From assembly GCA_046757165.1 (NCBI GenBank), contig JBHHXT010000028.1:1-39597 (forward strand): 39,597 bases of DNA, in the 5' to 3' direction. The stretch comes from a bacterium (GTDB taxonomy: Bacteria; Zhuqueibacterota; Zhuqueibacteria; Oceanimicrobiales; Oceanimicrobiaceae). A model generated the notes under the pieces. The model saw nothing but the letters and a program-made list of their open reading frames with translations. It ran no database searches and was not told the origin of the DNA. Positions 9,280-16,614 of this stretch are shown piece by piece; the first letter of the stretch is position 1, and each line of letters opens with the position of its first letter. The position numbers and the translations under genes are program-made.

Positions 9280-11094
9280 CTACCCGCCATTCGAAACCCG
9301 CACCCCTGTCGGTGCGGCCGGCGCCGAAACATCGCGGTCGCCATTGCCATCAGAACCGAGATGAACCAGCTTGAAAGCGTCCGCCACGACCGCACCGTTG
9401 GCGTCGTTGGAGATCTCGATCTTCCCTCTTTTCCCAACCGGGAAAGAAAACTTACCCAGGTAATTCCACCGCCCGGCTTTGCGCGACTGGTCGATGCGAT
9501 CGGCGAACTTGACGGCGCCATTGATGGTGATTTTTACCGGGACGTTGGTCGCCATATTGAGTCCCTGCAGGCTGCCGTGCCACTCGTAGACATCATATTC
9601 CCCTGCAACTCCGATTGTGGGGGTATAGACGGCCCGGCTCCCGCCATTTCCCGGTCCGGTGTAAACCACACCGAACAACCCGTTGTGTTTGGCCTGCCGC
9701 ATGCTGTACGGCTCATCAACATCGTTGGTCTCCGTCCACCCGCCGACCAGATTGGCCGGTTGGCTGCCGGGCGAGGTCTCGGCATTCTGGTTATCGACGA
9801 TGATGTCCGCAACCACGATTTTTTGCTCTGTCAGCAGAATGATGCCGTCCCCGACGATCAACCCGTCGCTCAGTTTGCCGCCATAAAGTTCGACACGCGA
9901 AAACGGCTCGCCGTTGTTGAACCCTGCGTCCTGGCCGCCCAAAAAGCGAAAATAGGGGCCGTTGTAGCCGGACAGGCTGCGCAAGTCGTCGTCCGTTACC
10001 CTTTGGGTAGATGTCGACGGATTGGTAATGGAAACGCCTTTGTCAAAAAAGCGCACCCAGCAGCCGTTTGGCAGTTCCTGCGGTCCGCTGCGGGCGAAGC
10101 CCAGATTCAGGTCGTATTCATCATAGTACTTGTCAAAATGGTGCAGCGCCTTTGATTCAAAATCCGAAAAGCTAAAGTATCCTTCTCCCAGCAGCGTGAT
10201 GGTCAGCATAAAGCGCATATGCGCGTAGTGGTTTTTCGATTCCCCTTTGACGCGAGGGTCTTTCGGCGACGGCAGCACATCGAAAATCATCATCCGCGGC
10301 TGGCGCGAGGTCGTGCTCCAGTCGAAGTACATGCGCTTGAACCCCTCCCAGCCATGAATGCCACGATTGTTCTCCAGGATCAGGCCGTTGGTCGTGCTCC
10401 ACCCGTACTCATGAAACAGGCCGGAGTTGACCAGAATGTACTTGTTCGGCGGCATCTTGTCGCGCAGGATTTGCAGCAGGGTTTCGACACCGGCCTGCCA
10501 TTCTGCCACCACCCACTCTCCGCCGTGCTCGTCGTAGTCATTGCGGCCGTTGTTGTCCAGGTCGATGTCGGTCTGATTGTGCGGCTTGCGCCAGAGCCAA
10601 TCGCTGGCGATGCCGTCGAACGCGGTCAAGTCCACGCGCTCGATCAAAACCTCCGGCAGAAGCTCGTTGTAGCGTTTGCCGTTGACGCGCGGACAGTGAT
10701 TTGAAAGATTGATCAGGATCTTGTTCCCCCGGAACTCGATCACGCTTCCGTCCGCCCGGCGTGCAAACCACTGCGGAGGAAAACTGATGTTGGTATCTGA
10801 GATCGGGTTGTTGCTGTTCCACACGGTCCAGCCGCTGGTGGAGAAAACCACGGTCTTGGGATTGATTCTCTTGATCGCTAACGGGATATCCGGATCGGTT
10901 TTGTTGATGTCGACCAGATCCAAACGGGCATGCCACTCCGCCGGGACCCGGCCACGGAAAAAATGAAAGGTTGCGATTCTCGGATAGGGCTGACTCACCT
11001 GAGCCACCAATCCGCCCCCGGCGAGAAGGACGGCTGTGCTGATCAGGACCAGGTACAGGGCGCCCGGTGCCACGTTGCGCTTGACTCGTTCCAT
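9280..11094 (-). CDS. Secreted putative glycoside hydrolase (GHL15-like TIM barrel) with a C-terminal golvesin/Xly CBD-like domain
   Basis: Start at MERVK (ATG 11094, SD aaggagg). Signal peptide ends ...GLVA|Q. Motifs FDGIASD, RFMLTITLLGEGYF, YYDEYD and WVRFFDKG. C-domain GEYDVYEWH...GRWNYLGKF...VVADAFKL. Confidence 0.7.
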   Translation of the reverse strand: MERVKRNVAPGALYLVLISTAVLLAGGGLVAQVSQPYPRIATFHFFRGRVPAEWHARLDLVDINKTDPDIPLAIKRINPKTVVFSTSGWTVWNSNNPISDTNISFPPQWFARRADGSVIEFRGNKILINLSNHCPRVNGKRYNELLPEVLIERVDLTAFDGIASDWLWRKPHNQTDIDLDNNGRNDYDEHGGEWVVAEWQAGVETLLQILRDKMPPNKYILVNSGLFHEYGWSTTNGLILENNRGIHGWEGFKRMYFDWSTTSRQPRMMIFDVLPSPKDPRVKGESKNHYAHMRFMLTITLLGEGYFSFSDFESKALHHFDKYYDEYDLNLGFARSGPQELPNGCWVRFFDKGVSITNPSTSTQRVTDDDLRSLSGYNGPYFRFLGGQDAGFNNGEPFSRVELYGGKLSDGLIVGDGIILLTEQKIVVADIIVDNQNAETSPGSQPANLVGGWTETNDVDEPYSMRQAKHNGLFGVVYTGPGNGGSRAVYTPTIGVAGEYDVYEWHGSLQGLNMATNVPVKITINGAVKFADRIDQSRKAGRWNYLGKFSFPVGKRGKIEISNDANGAVVADAFKLVHLGSDGNGDRDVSAPAAPTGVRVSNGG

Positions 11095-11135
11095 TACGTC
11101 CTCCTTACCTCTCTTCTTTTCATTCAACTGTTGAC

Positions 11136-13112
11136 TCACTTCAAATACCCCAGCGCCCGCAGCCGCCTTTTTTGCTCCTCGGTCAACTTGATTTGTCTCC
11201 CCCGGTGCTGGTTGCGTTTCAATTGCTGGTCCAACTGCGCAAGCTCTGCCTCTAACTCGGCGGCGATTTCTGGATACTCATCGATCAGATTATTTTGTTC
11301 CCGGGGATCAACTGAGAGATTGAAAAGGTACTTTCCGGCGTTGAACCCGGTGCGGGAAATAAATTTCATGCCCTCCCTCATCATCGAAACCACTTCGAAA
11401 GAAGGGGCTTGCAGATGGGCCGTGATCACACGCTCCCCTTCCTCATGCCCCTCGATGAGCGGAATCAGCGACTGGCCCTCGAAGCTTGCCGGCGCTTCGA
11501 TGCCCAAAAGGTGCAGTATCGTCGGCGCCAGATCGATGCTGGAAACGGACGCTTGCACGCTCTGGCCGCTGTAGCGACCGGCCGGGAAACGCACGATGAG
11601 CGGCACATGCAGCGTCTCGTTAAAGAGATGGTTGCCGTGTCCCCAACCGCCGTGGTCGAGAAACTCCTCGCCGTGGTCGCTGGTGAAAAGGATCAGGCTA
11701 TTCTGCTTGCGCCCGGCAGCAGCGAGAATCTCCAGCAGACGACCGAGCTGTGAATCGAGATACTCGATTTCCTGGTCGTACAGATTCACGATGCGGTCTC
11801 TCGTCCATTTCGATTTCAGGTTGAATTGCACGGCTCGATAGGGATGGCTCAGGTACGGCTCGTGCGGGTCGAGGTAGTGAATGTGAATAAAGAGCGGCTG
11901 CCCGGGCGCTGTTTTGAGCCACTTTTCGATGTAGGAATTGACGCTGGCCGCGTCCGGGTACCAGTCGTTCACGAACTCGGTTGGAAACACAAAGGGAAAG
12001 TCCTGCGACAGCTGGTTCTTGGTACCCAACAATCTGCGCACGAGAAACGGCTTGATCGAAAACGGTGAGACCGCCAACGGATTCTTGAACGACTCGATGA
12101 TTTCATCATAATAAACTTCCGAAAAACCGAAGCTCCTGGATTTCGAATTCAGGTTGGTGACAAAAGCGGCCGTGTGGTAGCCGTTTTCTGCAAGAATCTT
12201 CGGCAGCGTGGCAATACTGTCCATCAAGGTGACGCTCAGGCCGGTGGCGCCGTGCTGTTGTGGCAAGAGCGAGGTCATAATGGAGGTAATCGAGGCCCGG
12301 GTCCAGGAAGCGTTGGTGTAGTACCGGGTGAATGTCACGCCTTCCCGGCTGAGCCGCTCGATGTTCGGGGTGTTGAGCTTCTTCTCATACCCATACAAAT
12401 TCAGATGGTCGGCCCGCAGCGTTTCTACCGTGATGAGAATGATATCAGGCGGACCTTGAAGCCGGCGTTGGACATGGGCTCGCGTGACAGACCGGACTTC
12501 GCCGTTCAACCCCACTTGCCCGTTCTGGCCCGCAGCGCGATCCCCTTTCGTGAACTGATGAACGACGAACGCACCACAGAGCACCACTGCTGGCACCGCA
12601 GCAAGCTTCAAGAGAGTGGCAAACGAGAACAAGGGCGCCGCTGCCGCCGCAGACCTGCTGCGGCTAAGAAGGGTATACGCAACAAACAAAACTGCCAGCC
12701 CGGCGAAAATAATACCAAAACTCGTCCCAATTGAAAAGGGATGGGAGAGAGGAATTCGGGCCAGCGGGACGCGGTTGGCGTAAACACCCGCCCAAAGCAC
12801 CAGAATCAGAACGGCGAAACTCAATGTGAAATACGTCCTGTGGCTAAAGTCAATTCTGATCTTTCTAAACAAAAACCATGGAACGGTCAAATAGGCCGCG
12901 GAGGCCAGACCGAGAATCAACCCGAGAAAGCCGTAGTTGACCAGCGCTGCAAGAAAAAGATTGCTCATGCCAACGCCATCCTGGCCGATCAGGCCACGGT
13001 AGGACGACAGCAGAAGCACGGCAGCTTCAACCATGCCCCACAGCAATCCGGCCACAAGCCCCCATTTGAGGGTGAGGAAAACGTTCTTGAATAAGCTATC
13101 TTGTGCGCTCAT
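11136..13112 (-). CDS. Membrane-anchored sulfatase-like protein, paralog 2
   Basis: 658 aa. Multi-TM N-terminus. Motifs ITVETLRAD, SWTRASITS, YLDPHEPY, FTSDHGEEF and C-terminal RLRALGYLK. Confidence 0.85.
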   Translation of the reverse strand: MSAQDSLFKNVFLTLKWGLVAGLLWGMVEAAVLLLSSYRGLIGQDGVGMSNLFLAALVNYGFLGLILGLASAAYLTVPWFLFRKIRIDFSHRTYFTLSFAVLILVLWAGVYANRVPLARIPLSHPFSIGTSFGIIFAGLAVLFVAYTLLSRSRSAAAAAPLFSFATLLKLAAVPAVVLCGAFVVHQFTKGDRAAGQNGQVGLNGEVRSVTRAHVQRRLQGPPDIILITVETLRADHLNLYGYEKKLNTPNIERLSREGVTFTRYYTNASWTRASITSIMTSLLPQQHGATGLSVTLMDSIATLPKILAENGYHTAAFVTNLNSKSRSFGFSEVYYDEIIESFKNPLAVSPFSIKPFLVRRLLGTKNQLSQDFPFVFPTEFVNDWYPDAASVNSYIEKWLKTAPGQPLFIHIHYLDPHEPYLSHPYRAVQFNLKSKWTRDRIVNLYDQEIEYLDSQLGRLLEILAAAGRKQNSLILFTSDHGEEFLDHGGWGHGNHLFNETLHVPLIVRFPAGRYSGQSVQASVSSIDLAPTILHLLGIEAPASFEGQSLIPLIEGHEEGERVITAHLQAPSFEVVSMMREGMKFISRTGFNAGKYLFNLSVDPREQNNLIDEYPEIAAELEAELAQLDQQLKRNQHRGRQIKLTEEQKRRLRALGYLK

Positions 13113-13143
13113 GTTTTGTCTTGTACCTGTTTTCCATTATTGC

Positions 13144-13221
13144 CTCACGCAAAGTCCGCGAAGCGCGCAGAGAAATGAAGGACGAAAACAAACCCGGCGA
13201 TCTCTGCGGTCTCTGCGTGAG
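13144..13221. repeat. Imperfect inverted repeat built from ~9-bp cgcagaga-type units
   Basis: Left arm ctcacgcaaagtccgcgaagcgcgcagaga; right arm tctctgcggtctctgcgtgag. A related half-copy lies at 19663-19692. Confidence 0.6.
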
Positions 13222-13356
13222 CTTGAGTGCATCATCGTATTCGCGATAGTGGTCTTAGCTTCAGGTTCTCGTGCTAAAGTGATCCGAGAGTCCATGCAAC
13301 GACCTCACTTCAAGTATTTGAATGGCCCGCATTCTGGGGGGCCGTTAATTCAAGCC

Positions 13357-13384
13357 TGATCCAACACGGTTTGCAACCGTGTTT
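13357..13384 (+). repeat. 28-bp hairpin repeat, copy 2 (tgatccaacacggtttgcaaccgtgttt)
   Basis: Stem aacacggtt/aaccgtgtt. Matches the copies at 9146 and 33595. Confidence 0.85.
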
Positions 13385-13459
13385 TGCATACAAATCCGAG
13401 CGGAATACCCAGTTGCAAACTGTTAGGATCACTATTTCTCCATTGGGCGACATCCAGCT

Positions 13460-15466
13460 TCACTTCAAGTACCCCAACGCCCGCAACCGCTTCTTCTGCT
13501 CCTCCGTCAATTCGATCTTCTTGCTTTTCAACTGTGTCCTGCGAAACTGCTGCGCAAACCCCAGTAGATCCGATTGCAGCTCCGCCGCGATTTCAGGCCG
13601 GGCGGCGATCAGATTGTTCAGCTCCCGCGGGTCTGTGCGCAGCTCAAACAAAAACTCCTGGTCGTTTAGCCCCCTGGTGTTGATGTACTTGAACCCGCCT
13701 TTGATGATCGCTGTGCTTTCAAAGGTCGGATTTTGCACATGACTGATGATCACGCGGTCGTCTTCTGGCGGCTCTTCGAGCAAACCAAGCAGGGAGTTTC
13801 CTTGAAACACAGATGGTGCCGCAATCCCGAGCACATCCAGGACAGTCGGCGCGATGTCGATGTTCGACACCCTGGTTTGGATTTGTTTGCCCGCGTATCT
13901 GTGATCCGAAAAAGTCAGGATGAGCGGCACGTGGATGGTCTCTTCGAACAACGTCTTGCCGTGTCCCCACCCGCCATGGTCGAGAAACTCCTCGCCGTGG
14001 TCGCTGGTAAAGATGATCAGGCCGTTGTCCCGTAAGCCAGCTTTTGCCAGCAAATCCAGGAGCACGCCGATTTGCTCATCGAGGTACTCGATTTCGCGGT
14101 CGTAGTAGGTCTCCAATCTTTCTCTGTTCCATCCTGTTCTGAGATTGAGCTGAATCTTCTCGTAGGGATGGTTCAGATACGGCTCGTGCGGGTCGAAAAG
14201 GTGCAGGTGCAGAAACACGGGCCTGTCATCCCGTTCAGCGAGCCAGTGCTTCAGAAAATGGTTCACCTTCTCCGTATCGATATACCAGTCACTGACCATC
14301 TCGTCCGGAAAGACAACCGGAGCGTTGTGCAGCGGCACCTCGCCGACCAATTTCTGCACCAGAAGCGGTCGATATGAGAAAGGCGAAATCACCTTCGGAG
14401 CGCTGAAAAACCGGTTGATTTCATTGTAAAACGTCTCTTCAAACCCAAACGCTGTGGATTTGGCCAGACCGTTGGTGACCAGCGAAGCCGTTTGATAGCC
14501 ATGTTGCTTCAAAACCACCGGAAGCGTCAGCAGGGTATCCTGAACGTCCGTCGTCAAATTGTTGATGCCATGCTGCTGTGGATAGAGCGAGCTCATGATC
14601 GAGACCACAGACGGCTTGGTCCAGGATGACTGCGAATAATTGCGCATGAAGGTCACGCCCTGTCGACTGAGAGCGTCAATATTGGGCGTGTTGAGGCGTT
14701 TCTCATATCCATAGATATTGAGGTGGTCAGCACGTAACGTTTCGATGGTAAGCAGAATCACGTTCAGCGGCATGGTCAGACCATCGGCTGCCCCGGCGTT
14801 GCGGCGAATCCGGCCCTCCCCGTCCGCGCTCACTTTTGCGGCCGTCTGGCCAGCCTCGACTTCGCCCCTCGCCGCTGCCGAAAAACTGTCGTGGCCCCCG
14901 GCTGAACCCATTCTCAAAATGCAAGCAGCGCCGAGCAGCAAAAACGGCAGGATGAGCAAGCCAGGACGCAAAGCTTTGTGATTCCCAAAACCGCTCATCG
15001 AAGATTGCAGCGCGGTCAGCACCCGCTGGATGAGTTTGTAGAGCAGCAGGCTCAGGAAGAACCCCGCCACGACAATCCCAGCACTGACGGCCAGTGAAAG
15101 CGGATGCATCACCGACACGCGCGCCAGGGTGTTCCGGTTGATATAGATCCCCAGCCAGAGCACGAGAATGAGCACGACAAATGCACTGACAAAGTAAACA
15201 CCCGCGCTGAGTCCGGGGCCGTTTCGCCGCAGCACGCGAGCCGCGAGGGAATAGACCATCGCTGCAAGTCCCAACACCAGGCCGACGACGAAATAGTTGC
15301 ACATCGCCGCTGACAGGAGATTGAGCACGTCGCCCGGGCCACCATGCGTACCGGTCGGAACCAGGGACCGGAGCCCAACTTCATACACCGCCCACAGCAG
15401 CCCGGCACGGATTCCCCAGACGGGGAACTTCAGAAAGGATTTCACTATCGAGTGGTGATCGTTCAT
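13460..15466 (-). CDS. Membrane-anchored sulfatase-like protein, paralog 1 (close tandem paralog of 11136-13112)
   Basis: 668 aa. Motifs LTIETLRAD, SWTKPSVVS, LFDPHEPY, FTSDHGEEFLDHGGWGHG and C-terminal RLRALGYLK. Confidence 0.85.
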   Translation of the reverse strand: MNDHHSIVKSFLKFPVWGIRAGLLWAVYEVGLRSLVPTGTHGGPGDVLNLLSAAMCNYFVVGLVLGLAAMVYSLAARVLRRNGPGLSAGVYFVSAFVVLILVLWLGIYINRNTLARVSVMHPLSLAVSAGIVVAGFFLSLLLYKLIQRVLTALQSSMSGFGNHKALRPGLLILPFLLLGAACILRMGSAGGHDSFSAAARGEVEAGQTAAKVSADGEGRIRRNAGAADGLTMPLNVILLTIETLRADHLNIYGYEKRLNTPNIDALSRQGVTFMRNYSQSSWTKPSVVSIMSSLYPQQHGINNLTTDVQDTLLTLPVVLKQHGYQTASLVTNGLAKSTAFGFEETFYNEINRFFSAPKVISPFSYRPLLVQKLVGEVPLHNAPVVFPDEMVSDWYIDTEKVNHFLKHWLAERDDRPVFLHLHLFDPHEPYLNHPYEKIQLNLRTGWNRERLETYYDREIEYLDEQIGVLLDLLAKAGLRDNGLIIFTSDHGEEFLDHGGWGHGKTLFEETIHVPLILTFSDHRYAGKQIQTRVSNIDIAPTVLDVLGIAAPSVFQGNSLLGLLEEPPEDDRVIISHVQNPTFESTAIIKGGFKYINTRGLNDQEFLFELRTDPRELNNLIAARPEIAAELQSDLLGFAQQFRRTQLKSKKIELTEEQKKRLRALGYLK

Positions 15467-15485
15467 TTCGAAATCAGAAAAACAA

Positions 15486-16496
15486 TTATTTTTTCACACC
15501 GACAAGCTTGAATGTCGGGGCGGCTAACAAGGTGATGGGTGAAAACGTGCGCAGAATGGCGTTCACCGTGCCTTTCAATCCTTTTTCACCTGCCCCGCCG
15601 AAATGGGCATACGGTGTGGCTTTGAACCCGATGCGCTCCATCTGCGCCGCCAGGTCGCGCGGGTCGAACAGACGCTCGATGTAGTCGTTCTTCTCCGGAT
15701 TGAAGGCCGGCACGCCCGTTTTGAACCTGCTGTTGGGTTTGGTGCCGGTCTTGACATACGCCTCACAAGCCTTGATGATCGCTTTGTCGCCCATGCCAAA
15801 AGTGTTTTGCGCCAGCTCATCCACCTCGGCTCCGCTCAGATGCGGGAAATTCCGCGCGATGATTTCGACGCGCATATCTTTGTAGCACTTCTTGATCTGG
15901 TGGCCGTGGAACGACTCGGCCACCGGCCCATTCTCGAACCGGTCCCAAATTTCGTAAGTCTTTTTCCGGACCCGAGGATTCGCGCCGTTGTTGCCGTCGG
16001 AGATGATGAGCACACCGTCTCTTTTGAGCACACGGTACGCCTCGCGCAGAAATGAATCCACATTCCGGTAGTGAGAAATGGCCTCAACCGAAAGCAAGAC
16101 GTCAAAGGTGTTGTCCGGGTACTCCAATTTGGCCGCATCACCGACCTTCGTCCTGATCGGCAAGTCCCAGTTCAGCTCCTTCAAGTACTTGTGAATGCTG
16201 GCGATCCAGTCCGGGTTGACATCGATTCCGTTGACCTCGGCCGCGCCATGGGCAGCGAGGATCATGCTGTCGATACCAAAGCCGCAGCCGCAGTCCAGAA
16301 TCTTGCTGCCGGCGATGGGACGCTTCGCCAGATCGAACAGATAGCGGACATTCAGGATGTACTTCTCGAACACGCCGCGGTCGAGAATGTGTCGGCAGTA
16401 GTAGTAGAAAAACTCCGGGTAGCCATTCTTGTTCTCGTGCTTCAGCAGCTCAGTAAACTCTGTCCAATATTTGTTGATACCCGTCGCTTCGGCCAT
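15486..16496 (-). CDS. Class I SAM-dependent methyltransferase
   Basis: Motif I ILDCGCGFG, then GID, GDAAKLEYPDNTFD and EAYRVLKRDG. Confidence 0.88.
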   Translation of the reverse strand: MAEATGINKYWTEFTELLKHENKNGYPEFFYYYCRHILDRGVFEKYILNVRYLFDLAKRPIAGSKILDCGCGFGIDSMILAAHGAAEVNGIDVNPDWIASIHKYLKELNWDLPIRTKVGDAAKLEYPDNTFDVLLSVEAISHYRNVDSFLREAYRVLKRDGVLIISDGNNGANPRVRKKTYEIWDRFENGPVAESFHGHQIKKCYKDMRVEIIARNFPHLSGAEVDELAQNTFGMGDKAIIKACEAYVKTGTKPNSRFKTGVPAFNPEKNDYIERLFDPRDLAAQMERIGFKATPYAHFGGAGEKGLKGTVNAILRTFSPITLLAAPTFKLVGVKK

Positions 16497-16579
16497 GTTC
16501 GTTCATCCTCTTTTTTCTTTCTTCGTTCCGCGTGCAAACGTCAGACATGCCATCCCCCAGCGATGGCAGCGCTGGCGGG

Positions 16580-16614
16580 CACGTCTCACATTTCACGTCT
16601 CACGTTTCACGTTT
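16580..16614. repeat. 7-bp tandem repeat, five units of cac(g/a)t(c/t)t
   Basis: cacgtct cacattt cacgtct cacgttt cacgttt, abutting the GH39 stop codon. Confidence 0.75.

Noticed and set aside
5327..9339. C-terminal tails as Bacteroidota O-glycosylation sites or T9SS/PEP-CTERM signals
   Set aside because: The pattern is D-x-S/T rather than D-S/T-hydrophobic. There is no TM helix with a basic tail and no ~70-aa T9SS C-terminal domain.
15486..16496. Methyltransferase as the cognate DNA MTase of the nuclease
   Set aside because: It has no DPPY/NPPY or PC motif, looks like a small-molecule class I enzyme, and lies more than 6 kb away.
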